Shown here one piece after another: positions 22,866-38,200 of a stretch of DNA of 64,000 bases. The translations under genes were made by a program, and so were the position numbers. This DNA comes from Bispira polyomma (taxonomy: Eukaryota), in NCBI GenBank assembly GCA_965649765.1, contig OZ287753.1:70990001-71054000 (forward strand), in the 5' to 3' direction. The notes beneath the pieces were generated by a model. The model did no database searches and had not been told where the DNA came from. It saw only the letters and a list, made by a program, of their open reading frames with translations. The first letter of the stretch is position 1. Every line of letters begins with the position of its first letter.

Positions 22866-25800
22866 AACATGTTATGGTAGTGCTAACCTTGATGTCTTTT
22901 AACATGTCAGTGTTTTACCCAAATCAGTGTTTTTAAATGAAGTTGTTGTGTGATAAACTGTAGTTGTTCATATGTCTTCGCACTCCAAACTATCATTACC
23001 TGATACTATGGACTGGGGTTATCACTAGGGAGATATAAGTGTGACATATTGTTTGACCTACTAAAGCACAGTGAAGGCACAAAATGCTGATAATGCCTTA
23101 ATCCCACCGGTCGTCACATTAGACGTTGTTTTAAAAAATCAATTTGTGTAGGGTTTGCATGGAGTTTGCAGGGTTTAACGTAATAGACGGGCTACATAAC
23201 TTGATCTGGGAACACACAAATGGTGTGGTGTGGTTCATTTGTGCATTATACACAGTCATGGACAGCCATGTAAACAAAACATAATGTCAGCTTTTGTGTG
23301 GACTTTTGCATCAAATACCTTACAGGGCCAAGCATGACTTACATATCCTAACGTAAATCCAGTGGGACCGGCGCATTATGGTCTAAGTCCTAACAGCCCT
23401 CCAGTTAGTGGAAGCACTTCACTGTGTCCGGCAGTAGACTTATATCCTCTTGCCTACAATATAGCAACAAGGATCAAGAATACGCAATATACTGAAGATT
23501 TGCTGCCTGCAAAGACATATAAAATAGAATATGCCATGTGTAATAAAAAGTGTTTTTACATTCATAATATTACTGGCATATAAACATTCAATTCTATTGG
23601 CTTGGCCTTAGTTGTCTCAATTTCAGACAGAACTACTCTAAGTAAGTGCAAATAGATTAATTAATGATTTTACCTAGAACTATAGATATTTCGGTCAAAC
23701 TGTTCATAGACATAAAACCTATTTTAAAAACAGTTTTCACCATTATGGTTTCCAAACCTTGAACCCACTTACAATACAATGTATATTTCCCCCATACTGC
23801 CTCGGAGGTTGTGGGTTCGAATCTCTGCTGCAGCTTTACCAACCAGTATATGTCCTATATGGCCTATACAATGTTTTGAAAGCAATGTTTAAACCTCAAT
23901 GAATGAATACCCCGCCCCCAACTGCCTTCCCTTACAAAAAGGCTTTCTTGTCCCATAAAACCTTCCCTCCTTTGCTTATCTCATCATACTAGTTCCTCTG
24001 TTTTGTTATCACATTGGACAAGTTCCTGACAACACAACAATGCATTTCCATCTTTCAAAAAAAACAGTTGGTTTGGCCTTTTTGGCAGGAAGATTAAGCC
24101 GACTTAAAGTCTAATCCAGCCACATGCGAATGTAATGACATGAGCAAGGGACCAGATTAAATTGTAAACAATTCTACTGCTGATCTCAATTAATAACAAA
24201 TCAACATTCCGAGCACAAACTCAAGTACACTGGGAGATATGCAAGTTCATCTCTTACAAGTACTATTCAAGCCACAACTAATCATCCCCAATTCCAATAT
24301 GGATGCACAGTTTTTGATTGATCAAATGACGTCACTGCCTACTGTGTGGGCTGACTTAACTGGCTTGTTTTTCTTTTTCCTTTATCTCTTTTCAATTATT
24401 TTTGATTCATTGTCTTTTTGCATTAAAAAACATTAGCATGGGTTTATTTCAAAGAATCTTGATTTTAGGTTGTTTGGGACAGATAATTTCTATTGTTGTT
24501 ATTGTTGTTTCGTTGTAGTTTGTTATAAACATAGTATTTGTCTATTGTGCTTATAATGGTGACTTTAGATGGTCTTTGTAATAAACATTGTGTGATAATT
24601 TTTTTTCTCGGATAATCTTCACAGTTTGGTCTTTGCAACATTTTTTCTTCTTCTTTTATCCAATCAATATAGTTCATTATATTTATGTATAATTTTTTTT
24701 TTCAAATTTTGACTTTATGTGGCCTTTGTAATATACAATAAGTTAATATTTATCTACACTGAAATACATATTATATACCCAACAAAGTAGTGATGAGTTT
24801 TTTTATGTAGCAGCATGCCTAATGCTGCAAGTCAAGTGAAGCAGGAACAAATGTGGTTTTTTATGATGTTATGCAAGCACAAAACACCCGAGGCCACAGT
24901 TTTGTCATTCTGATAAAACTCCATTCAGAATTTGCCCTAAAGCAAAGTCTGATGGTAATGAATTTGTGTCAACAGCTAACTTCAATAATATACCAGCAAC
25001 TTACTTAATTTTTAAACTCTATGTTTTTAGCTTATGTCAAATGATGCAAAAACTTTAGCATTTCAGTCTTGAAAAAATACATACAGCAGGAAATGATGTA
25101 GCATTTTGGGGGGTGAATTTTAGTCTGAACCCTTTTTGTCAGAACTCCAGTGGTCTAAAATTACAGTAGCAGTAGAATGGCATTGGCTATATAGGAAGTA
25201 TTGATTGGATCAGCAAGAGAGAGTGAGAGAGAGAATGGGGGATGTGGGGTGAGGTGGGGGTGGATACACACATATAGGGGGAGTTCTATCTCAGTCTCCT
25301 TTTCTCTCCTGGCTCTCTCTCTGTCTGTAATGGCACTTACTGAAATGTGTTGGGTGTAAAGGGATTGGAGTTTTCTGGTACAGCATTGTCCATATATGTG
25401 TAGTTTGATGTGTGTATATCTGTAGTTGTGTCAGACCAGTAGCTTTTAATCTCAGAGTTCCATCGTATATCACACCTTGTTTAGAGGCTTGGTTATTGTT
25501 TGTATTGGAGAGAAATTCTATAAAGGAAATAAAGGGAAAGTTGTACAAAAGGGTCACTTAAAAAACAAAAGCTAGTATCACTGTATTAAAGTTTGTATAT
25601 GAGCATGGGAATAATTATCCATTCTGATATGACTGGAGTAGAGCTTTTGTTTCACCATTAATGGATATATGTATACGTATCAGATCATCTACTACATTAT
25701 GTGTGGTGCAAATGGGGGTAGTAAACAAGTTGTGTGAAATTGTCAATGGAAAGAATCCACTATGTTTGTGATTATTTAGGAGCCCCTCAAATAACTTGTG

Positions 25801-26591
25801 GATTATTGTTGTACTTAAATACATAACTATCATCATCAGTGCAGTTGCAGTTGCCTTGGGATACAATATATTCCAGCAGCAATTTAAACCATCATCACTG
25901 TCAGTGCAGTAGCAAAACAGGAGACATTTGTCTTCCTGGTCCAATCTTTCTGTCTATCTCCCGGAGACTGAGACAAAATATAAAGATTAGTTACTGTGTC
26001 ATCAGCAAAAAGTGGAATTCTTTCACTTCAGTAATCTAAGAAAACAAGTGGGCGGCGTTTGAGTAGGTCATTTACTGAAGGTTGTTTCTATTATTGGCAA
26101 CAAGTCTTTATCATAGCCAGGCGCTACTTGTGACACATTTGAATTAATTTTGGTTAAAACTTATCTGCACTTATTTGTTCATTCTTCCTGGAATTGTGTT
26201 TGTCGACACATCTTGGACAAATTGGATAATATGACACGTGATTCAATTGGACAGTGAATTTTAATATATTATATTCAAATATAAGCAATTGTGACAAAAA
26301 TCAGTTAAAATATATGGATCTATGGAATTAAAGCTCAGTTGCATAGCAATGTTTTGGAATCTGTATAGTAAGCATCTTCTGTTGTAATAAAGAGGATATA
26401 AAGTATCATTTTGTTTGGATATCATTATTGCCACAGTGCCATGTTGTGTCTGAACCAATTGGATAAAGTAGCAGATAAAATCTGAAGTCATACATAATTT
26501 TAAAGCCAAATTATTTTCACTCTGAAATTTATTGTGTTGGCTTTATTTGATTTATCATTCTTAGGTTGGATCATATAAACAAAAAGGGTGC

Positions 26592-26687
26592 ATGGATGGC
26601 TACGCCTGTGACTTGCGGGTCGCCAATGGACGGGCTGATCACATGATTGATGGGGTGGAACCATACGAAGAAAATATTCACCACAAG
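26592..26687 (+). CDS. Rab26/Rab37-like GTPase, first coding exon of isoform a (MDGYACDLRVANGRADHMIDGVEPYEENIHHK)
   Basis: 96-nt frame ending CACAAG|GTAAGT (consensus donor, phase 0). Joining to 61452 gives ...HK-TILVGDSGVGKT, the junction I recall from the RAB37 alternative isoform and Drosophila Rab26. Acceptor TTCTTAG| at 26564 suggests an upstream exon. Not in the ORF track. Confidence 0.75.
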
Positions 26688-29600
26688 GTAAGTGTCTCTG
26701 GTTAACCTCAAAATGCTTAAGTCAAGTCTTGTGAGGTGTTTATGTGGTGTTTGAGTTGATAGAATATCAACCAAAATTAACCTTTTTAAAATCTTCTAAC
26801 ATTAGCCATCATACAATAATTATAGTGGATGTAGAAAGTCTCCTATTATTAATGTTTACTATATTTAGGTAAACTTTAATGTACCTTTATATCAGTCAGT
26901 TATAAAAGACAGTATATGTACTATCATACAGTAAAATATGCATAGTCATTTTATGATAATAACAGTGAAGTGGCTTGTATATATTGTGCAAGTGGAAATT
27001 TTAGATGGAAGAAAAAATCACTGTGAGACATATGTCACTATGTATTACTTATTCATAGTTGTATATTGTCTGCAGTAGCTACTACATTCCAGTTAGATAG
27101 GGGGACAGAGCACATAAATACCATTGAAAGTGAGGTTTAATGAATGGGAGGCTATGTCTCTCTAAAGCAGTCTGTGTAATCAGGTTAGATTGTGATATGA
27201 ATAAATAATAAGATCCTGATGTGAGTAAAACTGGATATACGACTGACAGAAAAACTGGGCATTTAATGTCAGTAACTTCTCTGTAATATAAACTACACCT
27301 TTTCAAAGGCATGGAGCTACGACAATGCCTATTAGGTTGTAATATTTCGAGCTCAAAATAAAGAAGTAATAATGATGATTCTAAAAATACTGCGACAATA
27401 ATAATCTTGTTTCTGCCAAAGTAATGTATGTATTTTGTAGTTATTTTGGAAAGAAATAGGGAAGGCTTTCTCTGAAGTTACTCTAGACAGACCATCAAAC
27501 AATATGGGAAATGTTAAAAGGGTAGAAAAAATGCCTTCTAAGGGCATTATTGAAATTTTGTTTGCTTAATTATCTATTTATTATATCTATATGTATGGAT
27601 ATTGAAATCTAAACATTTGATACCAAACTTAATGTCCAGTTTTTTAAATGGACCACTTTAGAAAATCACACAATCCAGAACTTAATACTGGATGTGTGTT
27701 ATCCACTGTCTGTGGTTTCTTATCTATCATGACTGCTCCCTAATGATCTACTTGTCCACTGACAGGGAGGATCCATCACTTTAAGTCTCTTGAGGATTTC
27801 TATCGGGATCTTTGTATCAAAGGTTGACTCTGTAAGCGGTCTGTATCAACTAAGCCATTGGCAAATCACAGTCATTAAATTACACACAGCTTTAAATGTA
27901 GAGAATTAGCAGAGGTACAAATAGACCATTTAATTACTGTACTCTGACCAATTTGCAGTAATCAAGGTTCACTACATTACAATTTTATGGCAATCTTTTT
28001 ATTTGACATATATTATATTATAAAGGAATGCACAGGGCAAGTTTCACTGGCCAATTAATATTCACAACACACATTACATTAAAAATACATTAAAAAATAC
28101 CAGCAGTTTAAGCTAATTTTAAGATATAATTATTTTGTACACTATTTTTATGTATTGTTGCAATTCATTTTTTGAGTGATGCATTTATGCAGAAAGACCT
28201 GACACAAACAGGTGTATTTGTATAAGGTACTGGTTTGAACACTTCCTTCTTAATATAATTTTGTATGATGTATTATTCATTATATTGCACCTTGGAGTTG
28301 TATGCTGCATTATTGATGCTAAGCATCTTCTAAAGCTCAAGATATAAATTGATTAAGCAAGGAATAGTCTAAAAACATGGCTGAGCCATAAGCAAAAAAT
28401 ATACCTTGTTACTAAATAATGACTTTGTGTGCATATGCAAGTTTAAATTGATCAGATTAAAGTTTTCTCGTGAAGCAAAAAAAGTGGGGTTTTTTGTAGT
28501 CTAAGCTCCACTGGGAGGTTTGTTTCACAACATGGGTGTGGTCAGTGAGAAAGCCCAACATGTGGTCCCTCTGGTCGGCTGAAAGGAAAAAGAGCAGCTA
28601 GCGTAAGAATGCTGGTGTGGAACCACATTCTTGAAGAAGAAAGCATAGATTTTGAAGAATATCCTATAGTAAATGGGGAGCAACTGTTATTTTTGGTAAG
28701 AAGTAGCATCAATCTCTGATGTTAAGATGAAGGATGACCCATACACAGAAGATGAACATGCACAGGGAGTTCTGAATGGACATATTAAAACATGGGAAAT
28801 ATTTCCCTTGAAAATAGTGTACTGTGTCTCTGTTTTTAAAGGGTGTGCCCCTATTTGTGTAATTAAAGAGAACCAGGAATGGAATGGCATATTAGACTAG
28901 ATAAATAGATAACTGTTGTAATTAAAGTATATTAGGGTTCTTCTCGGTGTTTAAACTGTATCAAAATTTTCAAAGCGAGAACGCCATTGGACCTAAAATG
29001 AAGCAGCCACTGTTTAATGCATGTTGTGAATATTGGGTTAGATTGGTATGCAAACACTCACAGATGCATTAAACAAAGCTTTCACTTAAAGCTCTTGTTC
29101 TTGTCAGTTTGCCTTTAAGAGTGAGATGTAGACAATGAAGTCCCCCACTAATTACTGTGTGTGTATCAGTTAATGAGAGTGTTGTCAACCAAATGACCTC
29201 TGCTGTTGAACCATTTCCCCTCCGGAGAAAATCCTTGTTAACAAAATCATGTGCACAGATATTGAAAACCAGTAGTTGGTGTGGCAAGACATCCTTAACA
29301 AGAACAAATAGGGAGTCATTTGGGTGGTGTTTAGATCAAACTTTCCACTTCAAATCCTTTCACCTTACACTTCATTACTGATGGGTTTGATTCCCGTCCC
29401 TAGCATGCTTGTGGGGAATGTGGCAGTAGACAGTGGATCACAGACAGCTAAACCAACTGAACTGTACTTTCTTCCACCAATAATATAATACAGAATACAC
29501 ATTAAACCCAGACTAAATTCAAGGGAAAACAGCAATATATTTAGACTATATTTGATATTTTTGCTATATTTTTCATAATCTTAGCTAATTGTCAAACAGT

Positions 29601-30554
29601 TGCACATTTTGGAGTTTCACTTCAGTAAAAATGTTAAAAACCTATAATTTTATGGAGCAGTTTTAAGTAAATCTTGCCTACATGATGGACTGGCAATTAG
29701 TGTGGCATGTTTATGACGCCAGGAAAGTTTTAGAAAAACAAACAAGAAAACTTACCCAAATATTTTATGATACCACGTTGTAAGTGATGTATAGTTGGCT
29801 ATTGATTCACAAAATGTAGTAAAACACTGATGCATGTCAATTACTGCTTCACCTACAAGCTATAATGCGCATTTAAAACAAGCACATAAATAAGTAAGTC
29901 ATCTATTTATGACAAACCACTTTGTGAACAGAATTGTGTCTGCACCTAAGGCTATATATACTTCTCTGTTATTGATATTTGTTAATGCAATTACAATAAC
30001 AACCTAAACAGCTTTATCTCAAATTAATTCGAGTATTACCATAATCCATACATTTAATACACTTTCACAGATAAGTAGAAGAACAAATTTAAAGATATAC
30101 TATAATAATAATAACACAGTTGCACAGATCATTTTAGCTAGGAAGTGAATTAGCTTATGTCACCGTAAAATTAATCTCCAGAAAACTGGCTATTCTTTTG
30201 TTTTCTAAAGGATAACACATAAATTACTGAACTGATTTACATGACATTAGGTGAAGGGATTGAGCATGGACCAAGGGCGAATCCATAAAATTTTGGAGCC
30301 AATACAGCTAGAAAGGCAATTTGGAATTGTTTTCACTTCTGGCTCTGTGGTACCTTAGGGGAGGTATGTCCTCTACTGAGTGCCATGCAAGCTGCCGATT
30401 TAATAACCATAACAACTTGAATGGCTTTAACTAAAATACATGGACCATTAACATCATCCATAATTTTTTTAAATTCATTTCCACAAAAAAATTATAGCTG
30501 CCAATTACATTACGTAATGTTAAGCCTTAGAATTTGTTGTACGAAGATTAAGAG

Positions 30555-30815
30555 GGGAGCCTCAGTGGCCTAGTAGTTAGCAAGCAGTGTGCTTCACAAT
30601 CACTGGTCTCTCACCTCTGGGATCGGCTGGCGTGGGTTCGACTCCCGTCGATGCCCATGTGGGAAAGGTGGTAGTTTCTTACTGTGGGCCGCTGGTTTCA
30701 GTGTAGAACCTTAGCCAACTGTATACAGTGTTTCCTCCAGCATTCCAACTACCCGTCCCAATATAACCTACTAAAAGGTACTAGAGTGGACGTTAAACAT
30801 CCAAATTCAAATTCA
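30555..30815 (+). mobile_element. tRNA-derived SINE with 14-bp target-site duplication
   Basis: A-box-like GTGGCCTAGTAG, B-box GGTTCGACTCC, AAATTC tail; TSD ACGAAGATTAAGAG at 30541-30554 and 30816-30829; absent from paralogous blocks at ~34180 and ~39345. Confidence 0.9.
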
Positions 30816-31744
30816 ACGAAGATTAAGAGTGTTGTCACTATAATAACACAAAAACTACTGAGCCAGTTAATATGTAAATAAATAGACACCTGGGGCATGA
30901 GAAATCATTTATGAAATGTTTGGGAAGATGCAGGTAGAGTCATCCTGGTTTTATTTTTTGACACTAGGTGCCCCGACAGATGTATGTGGTCCAATAAGTA
31001 ACTTCATCAATAACAAATTATATAAAACTCATTGATGATGCAGTCCCTATTTTTCTGTCATGTATAACACCTATTTACCTGTAAATAATACAGATTCAAA
31101 TGGCCTGTGGTTACTGACACTACCCATGATTCTGGTACTGCCATAGCAACTATATAAGCAATAACTGGGCAAAATTTGGCTAATCTAAAGGGGTCTTGCT
31201 AAAAACTAAGAAGCAGATAACATTGTTATTTTTTGTAATCAAGGTTGACCATATAAAACCCATTCCACATCTAAGACTAACTTAATTCACTTTCATTAAA
31301 ACACTAATAACCCTGTTATATACATGGTTTATAGCCATAAAAATGGGATATCCTCTGATCAATAACTTTTCCATCACACCTAAAGATCACTTAGCTTATA
31401 AATCCTACCTTATAAGCCTCACCAAGAACATCAGTAAAAAATCCATACTGGATAAGGCCACCCAATATAAATGGAGTTTCTGCATGTCTTCCTCCCACCT
31501 CTCTAACCCATTTAGCTCACATTATTGTGGCAGATAAGATCCCATAAAGCAAGTAGAAAGAGGATTCAGGGTATAACAGCCGTTTTCGCAGAAAGTGTTG
31601 AGCTAGAATGTTATACACAAACTATTAAGGGATTTAGTAGAGTAGATACCTCTGTCAATGCACAATGTGCCAAAAATATGATTTTTTTTTATCATTGAAG
31701 AATTTACATAGCACCGAATTGATATAATATACTATAAGGCTTTG

Positions 31745-32220
31745 GGTGTCCAAATGGTTAGTTGGAGGACAGAAATGGTTCATGACCAGAAAGGCATCTG
31801 TAGGGGAGATTGGCTAAAGCAGTCGGAACAGATGTGTCTTGAGTTTACAGCTCAGTTGAAGGACCGCTCGACAGAGTGCATTTTGGACTTTCTGCAGCTT
31901 AGCCAGATTGGCCCAGTTAACACCATAGAGGAAAGAGTTGCAATAATCAAGATGACTGGTGAAACAGCATTAGCAATCAAGATGACATTTCCTTGCTTGA
32001 GAAACCTACAGATTCTATTCAATTCTCTGAGATGATAGTAGCAAGCATGGCAAACTTTAGAAATGTGGCTGTTTAATAAATGATCAGATTGACAGTAGAC
32101 AACTAGGTTTCTAACTTCATCAGCAGATACAACATCACTGCCAAGAATTAGGTAATGTGAGAAAGTGGAAGTCGAGTTGTTTCCTTATATGGTTGTTACC
32201 AATGAGAGCAAATTCAGTTT
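31745..32220 (-). mobile_element. Ancient CR1/L2-group LINE ORF2 fragment
   Basis: Minus strand encodes DYCNSFLYG (~31920-31948), the typical LDYCNSLL motif, and a KTEF-like motif near 32210. Confidence 0.6.
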
Positions 32221-35200
32221 TCCAAACTTTGTACTAAACAAACACATACAAACAAGTAACAACATAACCTACTTGTCTTAGGTAAGAACAAATTGTTTTG
32301 CTCATTATAGTCAGAATAATCATTTTAGAAATATCTTGCTGAAACCTTCAATGTGATTTATATGTTCAACCATGCAAAATATATCTCATTTTTTCTTCAC
32401 AGAATGATTTTACTTTAACTCTTTGATCCAGAATTTATGTCAAAAATAAAGCAATTTTATTGCTGGTAAAAAATACGTTTATTGCAAGTGTTTCGGTAGA
32501 CAACACTGTGTGGGTTCTCTCTGCACAAAGGGCATCATCTATTAATGTCAGTAATCATAAGAACAACCAGACTTTTCTCTTAGACAAAATCCTATTGGAA
32601 ACTGAAAGGTTTTTCCTTTTTGTAGGAGAGTGAAGTCATATTTATAGTGGTTGTCTGAGCCTGTACTGATTAAATCTCTTAAACTGGCAAAAAATCTCAA
32701 AGTGTGTCCTGCTGTATCTCTTGTGTACATTAAAGATGTGTAAAATATTGTTAAATATTTAGGTTTCACGTGACTGAAAGCTCTGTTAAAATGAATGGTG
32801 ACATGTGTAGGTGATGTCCATTAAAAAGAAAATGACTTTATGTGGTACTGCTTTTTAGTTGAAGCATGAGCTTAAGACTTTTGATAAATCTAAGCTCTGG
32901 TGTATATATGTGTTGGGATTTAATTATATTATCTAATATTTTCATTGGCTTAAAAGGTTAATGCTCTGAAAACAATGAGGAACATTAAAAGCTTTTAATG
33001 CAGGAAAATTAAAAGTTCCTAAATGCAGGAAAAGTTAAAGCTTCTAAAATTCTGGCTATTGTATGGCTGCAACAGTTTTCCATTTAACAGCCTGTAGAAC
33101 AACCTTTATTAAAAATGATAAACAACAACTTCATTTACTTAAATTGTAACATGAAATAACATTAATAACGTCAAGCCCCCCCCCCCCCCACCACAACATA
33201 AAATGTTATTAGTCCTATTTAGGTGCAAAGAGTGTCACTCTGCATTGCTGCTCATAGTTATGTAATGTCCCCAGTAGCTATTACATTCCAGTTAGGTAAA
33301 TAATAGATAATAGAAGCATTTATATAGTACAAAATTGATAAAAATCATCTGATGCGCTGTAGAGGACAGAGCGCAAAGTCCCATTGAAAGTGAGGTTTAA
33401 TGAATGGCAGGCTATACCTCTAAAGCAGCATGTGTAATCAGGTTATATTGTGATATGAATAAATAATAAGATCCTGATGTGAGTAAAACTGGATACAGGA
33501 CTGACAGAAAACTGGCCATTTGATGTCATTAACTCCTCTGTAATATAAACTACACCTTTTCGAAGGCATAAAGATAGGCCAATGGCTATTCATGTTTCGA
33601 GTATAAAACTATAATGACTATAATGCTCAATGTATAAAACGGTACTTTAAACTTATAAGTAAGAAAGATTCCATAATAAGTATACCATAAAATATAAAAT
33701 TTGCATGTTGACAATTAAAGGGTGGTTTTCCAGTATAATGGATTCACACCTAAACGGCACTCGTCCATTACTCCACAGTAAATTGATTGGCATTCAATTA
33801 ACTCAAAACCATAATAATTATACAGTTGCACAGAAAATTTTAGCCAGGAAGTGAATTACTTGATGTCACCGTCAAATTAATTTCCGGAAAACTGGCTATT
33901 TGTTTGTTTCTTAAGGATTACACATACATTATTGAACTGATTTACGTGACATTAAGTGAAGGGATGGGCATGGACCGAAGCTGAATCCATTAAATTTTGG
34001 AGCCGATCCAGTTAGAATGGTGATTTAGAATTGTTTTCACTTCTTGCTCTGTGGTACCTTGGGGGAGCTATGTGATCTACTAAGTGCCATTCTAGTTGCC
34101 AATTTAATTACTATAACTACTTAAATGACATTATCTGAAAGAACTGGAGCATTAACATAATCCATATTTCAAAAGTTGGTATGTCTGACTGTTGTCACCA
34201 GAACAACACAAAAACTACTGAACCAATTTGGATGAAAGAATGTTTTAAATGTTTTAGAAGATGCAGGCACATTGATCCATGTTTGCTTTTGTTTTACTTT
34301 TTGACACTATGGTGCTTTGGCAGATGTATGTGTTCCAATAGGTGGCCTTCAAGTGTTTTCATGAATAATAAATGATATAAACCTCATTGATAATGCAGTA
34401 CCTCTTTTGTACCATGTATAACACCTATATTAAGGCATTATATATCCAAATAAAGTCTGAATCACCACTATTCTATTGTTTTGGCACTCTATAATCCCAT
34501 GAAATTACAACAAATGCTAAATATAGTAAATATTAATTGCAGCAAATTGATTGGTGAATACTGTAATTAAATACTGCAATTAAATACTGTTTTGTGTATC
34601 TTTATTTTTCTATTTTGTAATGACAGTCAACTACTATGACATTTAATGGCTATATATGACTTGGAATGACATTTAGAATACTGCCAATGGGTTAGTTGAT
34701 ACAGACTGCTTACAGAGTCAACCCCTCATGCAGGGAACCCGATAGAAATTCCCAAGAGACTTAAAGTGATGGATTTCCCCTGTCAAGAGACAAGTAGATC
34801 ATTATGGATCAGGATGGATAAGAACCTAGAGATTATAGATGGCATATCCAGTAGTAAGCTTTACATATTCATTGTTTTGAACAGATGAATCTTAAATCAA
34901 GTTTGTTTAATGAAAAACTATGTATGGATAAAAAGTTAACCTAATATTAAAGTCTGGTATGTGGATTGCCCTACATTTCAATATCCATTTTTATGGATCT
35001 GTTTGACAATTAGACAAAGTTAATTATTTTAGCATTACCCTTAAGGGTAGATGTTTTATACACTTGCAAAAGTTTCCTTATTGATGGATTATTTAAGCAG
35101 AGTAACTGCAGAGAAAGTCATCTTTCCCCATCTTTCCAGTAATAATAAGTAGAAAATGTATACAATACTTTGGCAGAAATAATAATAATTGGATAACATG

Positions 35201-38200
35201 ATTACATCCTTATTATTTTGACATTATTTTAGAATACTTTTCTCTCATTCATATCATTATTATTAGTAGAATTTTGACTGTATTTACTATTCTTTTCATT
35301 TTGACAGTGACACAACCATATTGTTAAGTCATGTGGTTGATACTAAACCCCAATACCAGTGGATTTTCAATAAAAAAGGAAACTCCTTTTCTGATCTAAT
35401 TTTCTCAGGCCCAAGGCCATTTCATCAAGTGATTTCCAGTATTTGTATCATTAATGGCTAGTGATGGCAATATAAACCAGTAAACAAATATTAGTGGAAG
35501 ATTTTTTTTTTTAGGTTTTGCCTCAAATACGTGCCTGACTTAGTTTTATAAGTAACAAAAATAAGATAAACATACTTTCTTTGAGAGATTATAATACAAT
35601 AATTCTACTGTTGAGACTATTGCAATCAATAGCTTATTTAAATGTTGTGCCACAAGCATCTGTACAAGGGGTCACTAGTGTAGAAAAATGGATCCTCTTC
35701 TTTGCATTTTACTGTAGAAATAAAGTTTGAGTGTGTGTACTTTATTTGGCAATTAACAATTTACTGTGGAGTAATGGACGAGTGTCGTTTAAGTGTGAAT
35801 CCATTATACTGGAAAACCATCATTTAATCGTCAAGATGCAAATGTTATATTTTATGGTATACTTGATATAGAATCTTTGTTACTTATAAGGTTAAAGTAC
35901 TGTTTTATACATTGGGCATTATAGTCATTATTGTTTTATGGTTGAAACATTAATAGCTACTGGCCTATCTCTATGCCTTCGAAAAGGTGTAGTTTATATT
36001 ACAGAGGCATTACTGACATTAAATGGCTGGCTTTCTGTCAGTCCTGTATCCAGTTTTACTGACATCAGGATCTTGTTATCTATTCATATCACAATCTAAC
36101 CTGATTACACAGGCTGCTTTACAAAGACATAGCCTCCCATTCTCCAAACCTCGCTTTCAATAGGACGTATGTGCTCTGTCCCCCTACCTAACTGGAATGT
36201 AATAGCTACTGTAAACATTACACACTAATGAGTAGCAATACAAAGGGACACACTTTGACGTCAGGAATGTATTTCATGTTACAGTTTAAGTAACTATAGT
36301 TGTAAATCATTACTAATGTGGCAATAAAATACCCAGAAATGACCACATTAATTTTACTTTATGACTGTACAACATTCAATATTAGTGAAGTTAGACATTT
36401 GTGAGAGTAATACAGATCGAGATCTGCCAGTAAAAGTGTCACTTTGCACTAAACCATAGGCCTTCAGCAAGATATAGGAGGTAAGAGTGTTATCTAAAGA
36501 CTACCGAGGCGCTTACTGCACATTGTCTAAGCCCGGACTTCCTATCAGCAGCCTGTCCAATTTTTGAACAAAAGTTAAGAAAAAAAATAAAGAAAATATG
36601 GGATGAAAGGAAGCCCTAAATCAGCTGATGTTGGCTCGGCTCGGATTTCAATAAATCGGCCAACGCCGATGACTGCTGAAAGTAGTCCAAGCTAAGAGAA
36701 AAAATATGCCTTTTAAACTTTTATAATCATTGCAATATATCCCTATGTTATACTCAGGTCAATATTAGCTCAACATAAATACAGGCAAATGCAAAGCGGA
36801 TATTTGTAAATATTATTTAGGTTGTATGACAACCGACATATTAGGCTAAGATGAACGTAGGGAAGATCAATAAAACAGATCCAAGTTTTAAATACCTAGC
36901 CACACAGTCACTTTGCAGAATTTAGGCATTCTATAATGTCACAGAGTTAGAAGTTAAGTCATAAATATAAGGTTTCTTTGAATTAGTCAATCAATCAGTC
37001 AATTAATATATGACTCACTCAGTTTCAATGACTTACTGTAAACCTTTTCTATTTTAGTAAGATTTTTGGAAGTTTCAAATTTTCCTGCATTTATAAAAAC
37101 TTTTAATTTTCCTGCATTTACAAACTTTTAATTTTCCTGCATTGGAAACTTTTAATTTCCTTATTGTTTTTAGAGCACAGACTTTTTAAAAAGTCTAGAA
37201 ATTATGATGATATCCCGACACATATAAACACCGGGGTCCAGATTTATCAAAAGTCTTAAACTCATGTTTAAGCTCAAATACAGTACCACATCAAAACATT
37301 CACTTTTTAAAGGAAATCACCTAGACATGTCACCATTCATATTAACAGAGCGTTCAGTGACGTTGAACCTAAATATGTCATAAGAATGTTACATATCTTT
37401 AATGTACACAAAGATAAAGCAGGACAGAGTTTGGACGATTTTTTGTCAGTTTAAGAGATTTGATTATTATGGGCTCAGACAGCCACTGTAAATGTGACAT
37501 CACTTTCCTACAAAGGAAAAAGCTTTTAATTTTAAATAGGATTTTGTCTGAGAGAAGAGTCTGGTTGGTCTTATAAATACTGACATCAATAGGTGATGCC
37601 CTTTATGCAGAAAACCCACGCAGTATTGGCGACTGAGACACTTGCAAACCCCTTCTTTTTACACTGGTAATTATAAGATTGTTTTATTTTTGACATATAG
37701 TCCAGCTTTGTGTATTTTCTATGAAAAAATAATATCGATTAAAGCTGTTGTTAATTTCGTCCTTTGAAGACCAAATTATACATATATTGTATTTTTGAAT
37801 ACAATACTGCGTCCTCTTTTTTAAAGAGTGTACATTATAAAATGGACCATAAAATAAATGAAATAAATGACATATTTCTATATAAGTTACTTCTTTTAAT
37901 GTGCAATTTACATCCATGCATGTAGCAATGGGTTGGTATTACTCGCTGTGGTTGGTAGCAGCTTCTTTGAAGTGGTATCTTCTTTGTAGCTTCCTCGTAC
38001 AGACATTTGCCTCTATGTCGCCATTTCTTGTCTATCTTCTCCCTCTTTGCCTTGGTCACACAGTCTGCCTACAGACATACATGAATTAAACCAAGCTTTC
38101 ACGTAAAGTTCTTTTTCTTGTCACTTTGCCATCAAGAGTGAGATGTAGACGATGAGGTCCCCCCACCAATTACTGTTTGTGTATCAGTCAATGAGAGTGT

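Noticed and set aside
37075-37165. CRISPR-like short repeats (TTTTAATTTTCCTGCATT x3-4; reverse complement at ~32985-33050)
   Set aside because: No unique spacers, no cas genes, eukaryotic context; a minisatellite.
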